This document shows positions 37,167-50,341 of a stretch of 64,000 nucleotides of DNA, in pieces (the stretch's first letter is position 1; the number at the start of each line of letters is the position of its first letter). The notes beneath the pieces were generated by a model. It searched no databases, had not been told where the DNA came from, and saw only the letters and a program-made list of their open reading frames with translations. The translations under genes and the position numbers were made by a program. This DNA is from Octopus sinensis (lineage: Eukaryota): contig NC_043002.1 of NCBI RefSeq assembly GCF_006345805.1, forward strand, positions 82,770,001 through 82,834,000, read 5' to 3'.

Positions 37167-38589
37167 GTAAGAGGGAACTTTCTGGATTTAATTTCCCAAA
37201 TTGTCGTAAATTTAATTTTTTTCGTTATTTGAATTAACAAATACATATATACATCAAGTGCTAGTTTATTCCTGCTGTACACAGCATTTTGAATTTCAAA
37301 TTGCTGATCTTACAAATCAAGCTATGGATAAAAAAATATCTAGAGACTTGCTATCAGTTATTTATTGGCATAATTTCATCAATTATGAAATATAAGCACA
37401 GGTATAGGTGCAGGTGGGGCTGTACGGTTAAGAAGCTTGCTTGCTAACCACATGGTCCTGGGTTCAGTCCTACTGCGCAGTACCTTGGGCAAGTGTCTTC
37501 TATAGCATCAGGCTGACCAAAGCCCTGTGAGTGGAATTCTTAAACAGAAACTGAAAGACACCTATTGTGTGTGTATATACATTTGTCTGTGTGTGTGTGT
37601 GTGTGTGAACATATGGCTTAGTGGTTATATATTTGTGGACATACTCTTGTTGAGACATCTCATGGTGGATTTTAAAACATGTCTAATGTGTATATGTGAA
37701 TGTTGATGTTTCACTTGTCGCTGTCTCAATGGCATTTGAACTTAGATTGTAAAGACTGATGAAAATGCTGCCTCAGTATTTTGTCTGACATACTAATGAT
37801 TCTGCTCGAATTTTGTTAGAAGGCTGGCAGTTTCAAAGAGTGGGGGTAAGTCGATTACATCAGCTCCAGTGCTCAACTGATACTTATTTTATTGACCACA
37901 ATAGGATGAAAGGCAAAGTTGTTCTTAGCAGAATGTAAAGACAGACGAAATGTTGCTAAGCATTTTGTCCAGTATGTTAATGGTTCCTGCCAGCTCACCA
38001 CCTTAATAATAACAATAATAATAATTATTATTATATAAAAATAGATTCAGATTTTGGCACTAGGCCAACAATTTTGGGGAAGGGAGTAAATCAATTATAT
38101 CAACCCCAGTGCTCAACTGTTACTTTATTGACTCTGAAAAGATGAAAGGATATAGTCTTTGTTGCAATGACAATCAAATGATGAAATCTTTCCTTTTTAT
38201 GGTTGTGGTCTGGTAGTAAATACTTGGTGAAATGAATTCATAATTCGGTTTCAATTTCTTTATTAGAACTTACTTAAATTATGTCACTGATCCATCTGTG
38301 AAAGCCTGGTCGTCATAATGTCTTCTTCCTACAGTTATCTGACACTCCATGCCTGTATATTTCTTTTGTGATTGAAAGAAATATCTAGATTACACAAAAA
38401 AGCTTCCCCAATATTCAGATTGGTGAAACTTTATAAATTATATCACAATGCTATATATGTAACTTGAGATATCTCTGCCATTCTTGAAGTAGTAGAATAG
38501 CATGTGTTGGTGTGCAGTATAATGAAATTGAGACTAACGTGTTAGCAGGCCCTTTAGTGGAAACATTATTCTGTATTTCATCTTATGAC

Positions 38590-39040
38590 ACATTGGAACT
38601 GCATCAGACTCCAGTCTGATTTGGCATGGCTTCTATGGCTGGATGCCCTTCCTACTGCCAACCACTTACAGAGTGCTGGGTGCTTTTACATGATGACCAC
38701 ATTGGCACTTTTACATGGTGTCACACGAGTGCTTTTATGTGGCGTTGTATGGGCGTTTTTATGTGGCACTGAATGGGTGCTTTCACATGACATTACATGG
38801 GCGCTTTTATGTGGTGTCACATGGGCATTTTTACGTGGCACTTCCAGGAGTGCTTTACATCACCAGAGGGACCAGTCTTAACACTTCTGCTGCAAAGTAC
38901 AGATCTTCTTTAGTACAAGGTGCTGGGCATCTCAGTCCTTTGTCGTCTTGCCTGAAAGGTTCAACAACCTGAGGTCATTTTTCAGTACTTCATCCCATGT
39001 CTTCCTGCATCTTCCACTTCCATGTGTTCCATCTATTTTG
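38590..39040 (-). mobile_element. RTE LINE 3' fragment with about 26-bp tandem units
   Basis: CTCCAGTCTGATTTGGCA..GGATGCCCTTCC 3' UTR motif plus a degenerate ORF2 end. Confidence 0.7.
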
Positions 39041-40241
39041 AGAGACCAACTCTTCTAGGTTTCTGCATAGTTTACTCCTACCAAATTCACAAAGTATTGG
39101 TTGATTCAGGACTACTGTAGAAAACACTTGCCCAAGTTACTGCACAGTGGGACTGAACCTGGAACCATGTGATTGCAAAGCATGCTTGTTAACCACACGG
39201 CCATCCCCTTTTTTGACGTGATAGAAAGTCTAGTGTAGCTCTCCCTCATTTTAGTCCAAGTCCTGTGCAAGTCAGGACTCAAACTTTTTGGAACTACAAT
39301 GAACCTTTTGTTGCAGCAGTCAGAGATATCACATGCCTGTGCAACACTGAAACACCACTATTCCTATTGTTTCTTCATTCATGAGGACAAATGGAAAATC
39401 TAGGTGCAAGCTGTCGTAATTTTCTAGTTATCTGCACTACTATATTAACTCTTGGTGATACTTTTTAAGAGGTGGCATTTTGGTCATCTTAGAAAATGAA
39501 GGGCAAACAAGAGAGGAATGTGATATAGACAAAACAGACAGATACTCTTTATTTAAATATAATTCAATAATCTTGAGATTGATGGTTGTAGCCTGAATGG
39601 AATTAAAAGGAAACTTTATTTCTATTGTAAATATTTTTGAAATTTTATTGTGATATTAGAAAAATTTGAATAATAATTCATTATGAAGTGTGTGATTTGA
39701 ATAGGTTCAACTGTTAGTAAATAAAATAAAGTAAAAGCTAAAAATAAAATCATTGATATTCAGTGTTGGAGCATTGGATAGAATGCAGTGAGTTGATATT
39801 TTTTCCAATTTTTTTTGCTTTGTGTTCTTATCCTGCTGTGGTCAGCTTCGCCTTTCATTTTTTCAATGTTAAGAAAAGCAGTATTAATCTAGGGAACTGG
39901 GTTGGTGAACCTTTTAAATCATCAGATGAGATACCTTGTGGTATCTCTTCTGGCTCTTTCTGTTCCGATAACAATGCCTGAGATGATACTGATGCCTAGT
40001 TATACTGGCCGTAAGGTGGTGGATTTTCCTATGGACAAGATCAGTATCACAAAGAGGAGAGACTTGCGTGCGTGGACAACTGTCAGTCTTCCACAAAAAT
40101 ACCTTACCTAGATCTGTGCTTACATGTATAGACACATGATCAGCCTTGACCAACAGAGGCCCTGGTTAATGTTCTTTGCATATTTTTTTAAGGGTTTTGT
40201 CTCTGTATATTTCATTCAGAGTCAATTGTTTTCTATTTCAG

Positions 40242-40298
40242 GTGATATATCTGCAGAAGAATTGTTCAATATGTTTTTTGGTGGCGGGTTTCCCACTG
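40242..40298 (+). CDS. DNAJB12: DNAJB12/14-like coding exon 5 (G/F region)
   Basis: G-DISAEELFNMFFGGGFPT matches the family DISPEDLFNMFFGGGFP motif. TTTCAG acceptor, G|GTAAGC donor, 57 nt. Confidence 0.95.
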
Positions 40299-41615
40299 GT
40301 AAGCATTTATTCTTTTCTATTTCTCTTCCAACATTGAATTACTATACATTTTAAATATATTTAATGATCTAGTATTTTTTATCTTAATCTATTGAATGCT
40401 GTAAAACTCAAATTAACCTCTAACTAAACTAAAATTTAACTATTCAGTTATAGATTTGGTAGGAAATTGGAGAACATATTTTGATTTAAGGTAGAGGTTC
40501 TCAACATGGATGGTACTGCCCCAAGGAGGTGCTGGGCTTGTTGAAAGGGGCATTAGACTTTAGGTGGTGGTGAGAAGGGCAGTAAAGTAACTTAATTAAC
40601 TTACTAAATCTTACTTATAGTAGTAACTATACTATACGTGAAAAACTAGTAATGGTTGTAACTGGCACCTGTACCAGTGTCATGTGAAAAGCACCCACTC
40701 TTGGAGTGGCTTGCCTTAGGAAAGGCATCCAGCTGTAGAAACCATGTCAAATCAGCCTGGAACCTGGTAGAGCTCTCTGGCTTACCAGTTTTCAGTCAAA
40801 CTGTTCAACCCATGCCAGCATGGAAAACAGTTGTTAAGTGATGATGATGAGATCTCATCAGACACAGGGAAGTCATTAACTTGCTATGTTTACAGTAAAT
40901 TGACAACTTTTGTCTTTATTAAATTTTTATCATTTCATTGTTATAAGCTTGTACAGTCTAGTTTTATAGTAAATTTTACTAATTATCATCCATGTTAAGT
41001 TTAGTTTAGTTACCTCATTTTCCACTTAGGTGAATGCTAGGCATAACTACTTAAAAAGGAGAGAGGGACACGCTACAAAAAAGAAAAAGGCTAAGAACCA
41101 CTGATTTAAGGCATTAACTATCTTGATATCCCAACACAGGTGCGGTTATGTATTTTTTGTACTGAGCTACTACTAGCCTGTTGAATTCAAACGCCTTCTA
41201 CATGGGTGATAAATTTTGAATTCACTTTCAGTTGGTTCTTTAGAATCAAGAAATACATTTGTATGTATGACACATGCCTTATTATATCGAAGACCTGGAA
41301 TTCAGGGACATTTCCAATGCATAAAAGTTGTATCATTTGAATTCCCTTTTCCATGTTGCTTTGAGCGTGGTCGTTGCCAGTGCCGTCTGACTGGCCCTCG
41401 TGCCGGTGGCATGTAAAAAGCACCCACTACACTCTTGCAGTGGTTGGCATTAGGAAAGGCATCCAGTAATAGAAACCTTGCCAGATCAGATTGGAGCCTA
41501 GTACAGCCTTCTGGCTTGCCAATCCTCAGTCAAACCATCCAACCCATGCCAGCATGGAAAACAGACATTAAACAAACGATGGTGATGATGTGTGTAGTAC
41601 ATGAACGTATATGTA

Positions 41616-41671
<56 letters not shown>

Positions 41672-41712
41672 TACATATTTACATGCATACATATATATAC
41701 ATACATACACAT

Positions 41713-42150
41713 AGGTGTGGGCATGGCTGTGTGTTAAGAAGCTTGCTTCCCTTCACATGATTCCGGGTTCAGTCCCACTGTATGGTACTTAGAGCAAGTG
41801 TCTTCTACTATAGCCTTTGGGCCAAGCAAAGCCTTGTGAGTGGATTTGGTAGATGGAAACTGAAAGAAGCCCATTGGGTATATATTTATGTGTGTGTGTG
41901 TGTGTGTATGTTTTTGTATCAGTGTTTATCCCACATCACTGCTTGACAACTAGTGTTGGTGTGTTTATGTCCCTGTAACTTAGCAGTTCGGCAAAAGATG
42001 TAACTTAGCAGTTTGGCAAAAGAGACTGATAGAATAAGTACTAGGCTTTAAAAATAAATACTGGGGTCAATTTGTTTGACTAAAAAAAATCCCTTCAAGG
42101 TGGTGCTCCAGCCCAGCCACAGTCAAATGACTGAAACAAGGAAAAGAATA
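41713..42150 (+). mobile_element. SINE family A, near full length
   Basis: Colinear with 55912-56270. Confidence 0.85.
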
Positions 42151-42538
42151 TATATGTAGGTGCACATGAATATGTGCTTGTGTTTATGCTTCCTTGTACT
42201 GACATTAACGCACTTATTATAAATAGTCACCATCCATACAAAATAGTGTCTTTGTTTGCAATCTTTCCATAAAACATGTTTGGTCATTGAGCTGCTTTAT
42301 GTTGGAAAGACAAAAAGAAACATTACTCTGCTTGGAGACATATGCTGGATGTGACAGGAAGAGCATCCAGCTGTAGAAGACTCTGCCTGAACAAATTTTA
42401 TCTGACCCATGCAATCATCGAAAAATAGGCATTGATGCTCTGGTGATAATTGTGAAGCCAAGATGGATCTGAATTTATATTATTACCTTTGTGACATACT
42501 TTGAATCTGGAATTATAATTGCTCATTTCCTTTTCCAG

Positions 42539-42603
42539 GTAATGTTTATGTTCACCGGAGAACCCAACATAATGGACAGTATCAGAGGGCTGCTCAGTCA
42601 GAA
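42539..42603 (+). CDS. DNAJB12: DNAJB12/14-like coding exon 6
   Basis: G-NVYVHRRTQHNGQYQRAAQSE; the NV(H/Y)V motif follows GGGFP in this family. TTTTCCAG acceptor, GAA|GTAATT donor, 65 nt, phase 1 to 0. Confidence 0.85.
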
Positions 42604-43364
42604 GTAATTATTCCTTCATATTTAAAATTTTGTCATTTATTATACGTACAAAAAAAAAAATTTTCATTTTAACAATTTTTATCAGTATACATTTATGCAG
42701 TTTTGTATTTCTTATTAATGGTAAAAGTTTATTAATTTGTCTATTTTTATTTTCTTGCATATGTTTTGTTGAAATATATCAGGATTTAACTCAAGATTTA
42801 TCAAAGTTTATTCATAATTTATCAATATCATTTCACAAAAATCCTTATAATATTAGTAACTTCGGTTTCATTCTGTAAAAATGTACTCACACACACACAC
42901 ATGCATTCAAAATACTGATATATTTACATCAAAATCCAAAGCTGAAATGTTCCTGAATTATTTCCAAGTCCTACTTTTGCTCATTTTAAAATTTTGTACT
43001 AAAGTTATCAAGTTAAACATATCTTAAAGAATACTATTGTTTCATAGAGCAAATGATGGAACAAATACACATGCCATGATATGTTGCCCTAACAAAAACA
43101 AATGCTTAAAACTACTAGCAAGCTTACTATATTTCTAGCACATAACTACAATGTATTGGTTGTAGTTGTTGTGACATGGAGTGTATTGCTATCTCGGGTG
43201 AAATTCTGCTTGTGTAATACTTATTCTTTCCAAAATAGATTCTTGTTGTTGAGACATATGTAGAGAGTTGCATATCAGTCAAAGCCATACACTTTGAAAA
43301 ATCTATTAAAAAATATCTCATTTAATCTAAGAACAATATTTATTTATATTAACCCTATAAAAGG

Positions 43365-43705
43365 GTAAAAAACACCCTTCAGTCATGAATGACCATGGGA
43401 TTGCACCTAGAAAGTTCCTCTCTAAGGCACATGTCCAGGTAAAGTTGTTTATAGAAGACCAGCAGTTGGCCATTGCATACCAGCCTCCTCTCTCCAAGCT
43501 GTCAGTGTTATCCAAGAGAAAGACAACGGTCAAAACAGTTGGGCGTCAATAACTTTGCAACTCATTTCTACAATTGGGTGAACAGGAGCAACATGAAATA
43601 AAGTGTCTTGCTCAAGAACTCAAGAACACGGCCTGATCTGAGAATTGAACTCACTACCTCATGATTGTGAGCCTGACACTCTAGCCACTGAGTCATGTGC
43701 CTTCA
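43365..43705 (-). mobile_element. SINE family C
   Basis: Reverse match to 5498-5812. Confidence 0.8.
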
Positions 43706-43744
43706 CTTAACCATGTCAGAACAATCTTTATTTTGATACAGTTC

Positions 43745-44036
43745 TATATTTAAGAGATGAGGAATTATGTACATTAAATACATTTAACGGATATTTGTGC
43801 CCATCTTGTTTGTTGTTAACACAACATTCCAGCTGATATACCCTCCAACCTTCATCAGGTGTCTGAATCTGAAGAAGAAGAAGAAGAGCCACCACCACCA
43901 CCGCAGGAATGAGAACCCATGTTCGAAATTTCCCCAAGACACCTGATGAAGGAAGGCTGGAGGGTATATCAGCTGAAACATTAACAACAAACAAGATGAG
44001 GACCAATATCCATCAAATGTAAATTATGTAAATAAT
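43745..44036. mobile_element. Inverted pair of hammerhead-bearing family-2 elements (fold-back)
   Basis: The left arm (about 43766-43864) is the reverse complement of the right arm (about 43936-44036). Each has a CTGATGA core. Confidence 0.8.
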
Positions 44037-44369
44037 CTTTATTTAGTTTTATTAATTATTTTCAATGAGTGTCATAACTGGGTTAAAAGTTAATGGTAAT
44101 ATGGTATAAGTTTGTGGAAAAGTTAGATTTATGAATATTGAAACTGATTATCTGAATATTTTCTGTCATGATGCCTGAGTATTTAGAAAAAGATATGAAT
44201 TTAAAAAAAAAAAAAAACTCTGATGAAAGACATTCCAGTCATGCTTATTCCATTCTATTTTTAAATCTAAGAATAAATTATCTGATGTGTGCTTTGTTTT
44301 TAAAAGTGAATGTGCTGCCATTTTTAGTAGGTAACGTAAGTGTATAGAGCAACATTCTCAACCAGGGTT

Positions 44370-44535
44370 CTGCGAGAAAGAGTGAGATGCTTAGTGGCAT
44401 TTCGTCTGTCGCTGTGTTCTGAGTTCAGATTCCGCCGAGGTCAACTTTGCCTTTCATCTTTTCAGGGTTGATAAATTAATCAACTAGTCTCCTCCCCACA
44501 AATTTCAGGCCTTGTGCCTTTAGTAGAAAAGATTT
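44370..44535 (+). mobile_element. SINE family B
   Basis: GCTTAGTGGCATTTCGTCTGTCGCT..TTCTGAGTTCAGATTCCGCCGAGGTCAACTTTGCC. Confidence 0.8.
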
Positions 44536-45649
44536 TTATTATTATTATTATTATCATCATCATCTTTCTGTTTAAATAATTTTTTTGTCCAGAGTCAAGG
44601 CCACTTTTCTTTTTTTTTCCTTTTTTTTTTTTTTGAGGGAAAGAATGTAGTGAGCAGAATCTTCCACTTATTATTGATATATATATATATATATATGAAT
44701 GCTAGTATAGGTTTATACTCAGACGAGTGAAGTACAGATTAGATATAGTAAAGTTTCTAATCAAGCATTCTATATGATTCAATGATCATCTTAATCTTTT
44801 TCATCGTTTTTTTTTTAAATTACAATATGGGTTTCATTTACCAAACACAAAACCAATTTTGTTTGGTTAAAGATATGTTTAACTCTTTAACATTGAAATT
44901 ACTTTGTCAAATGTAATGCTTTTTTCTTCACATTGACTTGAATTAATCATGAATTAGCTCATAGCTCTGTGATTTTAATCATATGGCAGTCTGTTTTTAG
45001 AATGACATCGTAAAGTAGATGTGAAAGGCTGGACCTTGCTGGTTTGAACATAAAATATGTAGTAAAGGATTAGTGCTAAATGTAGTAAAAGTGGGATGAG
45101 TAAAATAACTCAGCTTATAGGTTATTTATTCATTATATGTTGCAGCTTATGAACAATAGCATTGTTGGTTATGGATTTCCAATGGGCCAATCACTGGTTC
45201 ACAACATTTATGATGGCCAGAGTGACAAGGGATTGTTTAGGCAAGTCAGGTGGAACAAATATTGCTAGGCACTTCATTCAAAAGTGCTGGCTTATTGGGT
45301 TTTTTTTTCTATGTTGTTTACATCTTTCATGAAAAGATGTATGTGTATATGTGTGCATGCACGCATAAATGAACTTTCACATGGTGTCTGTCTACCAAAT
45401 TCTATAAACAAGCTATTGATTGGCATAAAGCTATAGTAGAAGATACCTGCCCAAATAACTGCTTGGTGGAATAGTACCTGGAGTTATGTGGTTTGGGAGT
45501 GAACTTCTTAACCACTCGGCCATGCTTGCACTGAGGTTGTGAGTTCGTATCCAGTGCAAGTATTTCATTGTTTCAACACAGCACGCCAAAAACCACTAAG
45601 TGTTTCTCTCATGGAATCTATCCCAGTATAGTTTGTTCTAACAGAACAT

Positions 45650-46100
45650 TCATCATCATCATCGTTGACAAATTCTATGCTGGCTTGGGTTGGACAGTTT
45701 GACTGAGGTTTTGAAAGCCAGTAACTGCACCAGGCTCCAATCTGATCTGGCAATGTTTCTACAGCTAGATACCCTTCCTAATGCCAACCATTCCGAGAGT
45801 GTAGTAGGTGCTTTTTACATGTCACCAGCACAGGAGCTAGCCAGGCAGCCTTGGCATCGATCATGTCTGGATAGTGCTTTTTACATGCCACCAGCACGGG
45901 AGCCAGTCAGGAGGCATTGGTCATGTTTGGATGGTGCTTTTTATGTGCCACCGGCACGGGAGCCAGTTAGACAGCCCTGGCATTCAATCATGTTCAGATA
46001 GTGCTCTTTATGTGCCACTGGCACAGGAGCCAGTCATGGGGTACTGGCATCAGCTACGTTCGGGTGGTGCTTTTTACGTGCCACTGGCACAGAAGCCAGT
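45650..46100 (-). mobile_element. RTE LINE 3' UTR with five 60-67-bp tandem units
   Basis: CAT-repeat tail. GTGCCAC(C/T)GGCAC cores at 45819, 45885, 45945, 46012 and 46078. Confidence 0.8.
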
Positions 46101-48013
46101 GAAATAACTATTACCACTCAGTATTAATACTACTTCTGTTGCTAATATATATTTTTTAAGGAGCCCACTGGCTAATCATGACACCAGTGCTTATTCGGGC
46201 ACTGTTTTTCTCTGTATATTACTGGTAAGGAGATGAGTTACTGCTATCTCTAGCGGTTAAATCTCCATCATTGACAAAACCAAGGAGGGTCAAAATCATG
46301 TGATCTGGTGGTTTTGGCACTGGAGATGGTGGAGATTTATTTCCCTGCTAGCGATATAAACAAGAGCATATTTTGCACCAAAAGCCCATATGAGAGTTTC
46401 TCTCATGGTATTTACTGCAGTATAGTTTGTTCTACTAGAACATCCATGTTTAAGTGAGGACAAGTATTATCTCTTGGTATTAATACTGCCTCTGTCAGTA
46501 ATGTATATTTTTTAATAGTACACTTTATTCTACATTGTCTCAGTTCACCCATCTGTTGGGGATAGGTCAGTTGATGGAAGCCACTATCACACCCTTTTGT
46601 TATTATAACGAAAAGTATATTATATTTATTAAGTCTGAAAGGATGAAACAGCTGGGTCATGTAGGATTTGGACTTAATACATTGAAGTATCTAAATTACA
46701 CAATATAATTTGGAATTTTTATTGATTTGACCAAAGAATATCTAAGAACCACAAGTGAAAGAGTGTTGCAAGAATTTTTGAGATGCAGGAGAGAAAAGAT
46801 TTTATTTTTAAGTAAAATGTAATGGCAGTTAACAACCGCAAAAGTCTGTTATAGAAACAAAACGGAATTTATATCAAAGCCACATTCACACATTTATAAA
46901 TAATATGGCATTGAAATAATCATGCTTTCTTCATATGCCAGATATGTCTTCAGCAATCTTATTTGGAGACTTTTACATGCTCCAACAGCTGGTGATCTTT
47001 CATAAAGCACAAATATACCCTGCTAAAATATTTCTCCTCTGAAATAAAGCATGCACATACATACAGATGCATGCACATGCACACAGACTGCATCTAATAA
47101 AGATATGTTTGCTTAAGAGAAACTCACTTGAAGAAATGAATATATTATCAAGCTCTTTCTTAAGTATCTCTTACAGCTTCTGTAATGACCTGTGCTCCTC
47201 TATAATGCTAACTCATGCTCAGCCAGTTAAACCAATTCAATTTGCTTGCACCTCCTTTTGTATTGGGCTAGACCCTCTACTAAACACTAATTCTTCTTAC
47301 CTCAGAATTGTATTTTCCTGCAACTTATTCCTTACTCAAAATTTCTTGCTATTGTCATCAATTCAAATTAAGTAACAGCAATACTAACTTCTTCCCTTTA
47401 TCCTGATCCTTGTTTTGAAGAGAGCCATGGGATCTATTAGATTTTGTAATGTATGTAAATGGCAACAAGATGAAAAGTGCTGTAGGTAACTTCTGTGCAA
47501 AAAATTGCAACTAATGGAAGTTGTATTTTGGAAGTGGTAACTAAAGTTGGCATTTTTATGTATTTTGATTAAGTATAGAGGTTTAGATAAATTCTGACAT
47601 TGTAGCATTTTCCAAAACTTTCTAAGATATTGAATAACTATAGTAATGCTAATGAGCAACAGGTATATAGTAATTAAGTGTGAAATTCATTATATTGACT
47701 AAATTTTAATCTCTTTTCTTTCTTTTCAACAAATTATTTTCTTTAAGGATATATAGAAAAAGTTTTGTTTTACTCTTCATTGAATGTTAAGCAAGAACAC
47801 TTATGCTTCTTTGGGGAGAGAGAATATGAGTGGTATTATTTCCATTTTGCAACCTAGGTAATAGCACCCTTCATAGTCTCTCTCTCTCTAGACAAGGACA
47901 GGTGTCAGAAACAGATCTTTTTACCCCTCGTTGCAACATAAAAAATTAAATTCTTATCTGAATGAGCTAAAAGTTGTCTGTCTGTGTGTGTGTGTGTCTC
48001 TCTCTCTCTCTCT

Positions 48014-48175
48014 GAAGAAAAACAACAACAAATATCTTACAAACTATAGAATTTTCTCAATAAAGCCAAGAAAACAAGATGTTTTATAAACACATTCTAC
48101 CAGTATACGGAGTTTAAAAGTGTTTAGTTACGTGGAAATTATTTTAAAAAACTGCCGTTCAAACCGAAAAGATCC
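48014..48175. mobile_element. Right half of the MITE at 4849-5288
   Basis: Close match to about 5130-5288, ending TCAAACCGAAAAGATCC. Confidence 0.85.
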
Positions 48176-49140
48176 GAATGTCTTTGGTTATTGGATTGTT
48201 GGAACAGTGTCCCTTGCTCATTTCATATAGTTGTGGTTTTTCAAAATACATTTCAAAATTAAAATTGAATAGAGCAAATTTGATAAAAGTGGACCCACAG
48301 TGTCATACAACTAAAATAAAACAGAAGTAAATTAATTTTAGTGTTAAAATTGCCAGTCTATAAGAGAGAGAGAGATTACTTAAGTGACTTAAATGGATGA
48401 TACACAGGATTGGTTGATACTTTGTCGGTGAAAGAGTATTGTGCTAATTTTGTGATATTTCCCACTGAATAAATGAAAGTTTGAGATGAAGTAATTAGAT
48501 TAGATCAAATAAAACATGGCGTCACAAGTGAGATGATAGTAGATTGATATATGTTGAGAGATGCTGTATTACACAGTCGGCTATGCATAATAAAATCACA
48601 CGATGGATTAATGATGAATTAATCCTTAAAATTTATTGATACTGTTAAAAATTTAAGTTAAATGATTTGATAAGTTAATGAGTGCTTGTGTGGTTAAGAA
48701 ATTTACTCCGCAAGTTTCCGGTTCAGTTCCACTGCATGGCACGTGGGCAGTTGTCTTCTACTGTAACCATGCTTCAACTAAAGCCTGTGAGTGAAATTTT
48801 GTAGACAAAAACTGTGGAAGGTCATGAAAGGAACCCTTCCTATCCTTGAGTGGTAGATGTAATTTGTTGCAATGTTTAACACCAACACTTTCCTGGGTGC
48901 CCTTTTAGAGAACTTCACTCTATTGTAGGTATTCAAGTCAGGTTGTCTGTCTGGAGGATAACTTCTTCTTTTCTTTCCAAAAGTCTCAAAAGCTCTGGGT
49001 AAAGCCACAGACATTGCTTTTTCTCTTCTGTCATTATATATATATACCAGAGTAAACACATAAATGTGAAACAAGGTGGAAAAAAGAGTACTCAAATACC
49101 AGAGGTAGAGTAATATGCTTTATTTAAAAGCAGCAGAAAT

Positions 49141-49197
49141 TTAACAAAAGCTGTTACTCGGAGTTTCATGTTCCCGTTCGTCAGACAGTTTTGTTAA
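49141..49197 (-). ncRNA. Type I hammerhead ribozyme fold inside an approximately 200-bp fold-back element (about 49040-49241)
   Basis: Minus strand reads TTAACAAAACTGT-CTGACGA-ACG GGAA CAT-GAA-ACTC C GAGT-A-ACAG C TTTTGTTAA. Complete core, GUA site, 13-bp stem I with one bulge, one stem II mismatch. Activity is untested. Confidence 0.8.
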
Positions 49198-49240
49198 AAT
49201 GGAACCGAGATGACAATTTGATCTGCTGCTTTTAAATAAA

Positions 49241-49285
<45 letters not shown>

Positions 49286-49401
49286 TATAATACATTTTTA
49301 CTACACAGCCACAGCAGGAAATGTATCAGGACATGAAATGTAAAAGCCGGACTAGACTACTTTATGCGCAACTCCATTGTCTCCCAAGACAAAAAGGATG
49401 C

Positions 49402-49455
<54 letters not shown>

Positions 49456-49535
49456 AGAGAAAGAAATCTACTCCTGATTTATATCATTTAACAAAATATT
49501 GTCCATCAGATTTAATGTAATTGAAAAGTTTTTAT

Positions 49536-49763
49536 TTAAACCTTCAGCATTCAGATTACTCTATCAAATGCAATTCTTACTTATTCACATTGTTTTGAAT
49601 TAATCAGGGCTTATCTTGTATCTTTGAGGTTTTGATGATGTTGTGGTATATTTTTAGAATGACATTGTAGGGTAGATGTGAGAGGCCAAATCTGGCTGGT
49701 TTGAACATATTGACAGATAAAATGTTTGAGACAGATATGGCTGGTTCAAAAGCTAAAGGGTTA
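49536..49763 (-). mobile_element. piggyBac-like MITE
   Basis: Reverse match to 24751-24974, ending GCTAAAGGGTTA. Confidence 0.65.
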
Positions 49764-49819
49764 TTATATATGTATGCATGTGTGTAATCGTCTGTTCACC
49801 TGTCTATCTATCTACATAT

Positions 49820-50040
49820 ATCATCATCATCGTTTAACGTCCGCTTTCCATGCTAGCACAGGTTGGACGGTTTGACTGTGGGCTGGCGAACCAGATGGCT
49901 GCACCAGGCTCCAGTCTTGATCTGGCAGAGTTTCTACAGCTGAATGCCCTTCCTAAAACCAACCACTCCGAGAGTGTAGTGGGTTCTTTTACGTGCCACC
50001 GGCACGGGGGCCAGTCAGGCGGTACTGGCAACGACCTCGC
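49820..50040 (-). mobile_element. RTE LINE 3' UTR fragment
   Basis: CATCATCATCGTTTAACGTCCGCTTTCCATGCTAGC tail, as at 6335 and 17682. Confidence 0.85.
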
Positions 50041-50303
50041 TTGATATATATATATATATTACTTTATATAATTATAATTAGGGTTCAGCAAAAAAAATTT
50101 GCTTTACCACATACCGAACTTTTAGAAATAGCAGCCAAAGAACTTAGCTATTTCTTCCACTATAAGAAGAATCTCCCAGACAATATATACTCAAAAACAA
50201 TTCATGTAGGCTTAGAGGGAAAAATAACGAAAGTTTACCCGGGTGAACTTTGGTAGAATTATTAATTACTAATTAATTAATTAATTTTACCCTTTATTAT
50301 TAT

Positions 50304-50341
<38 letters not shown>

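Noticed and set aside
48505-48530. YY1-like AAAACATGGCG motif as an internal promoter
   Set aside because: Isolated motif with no supporting cluster or first-exon structure.
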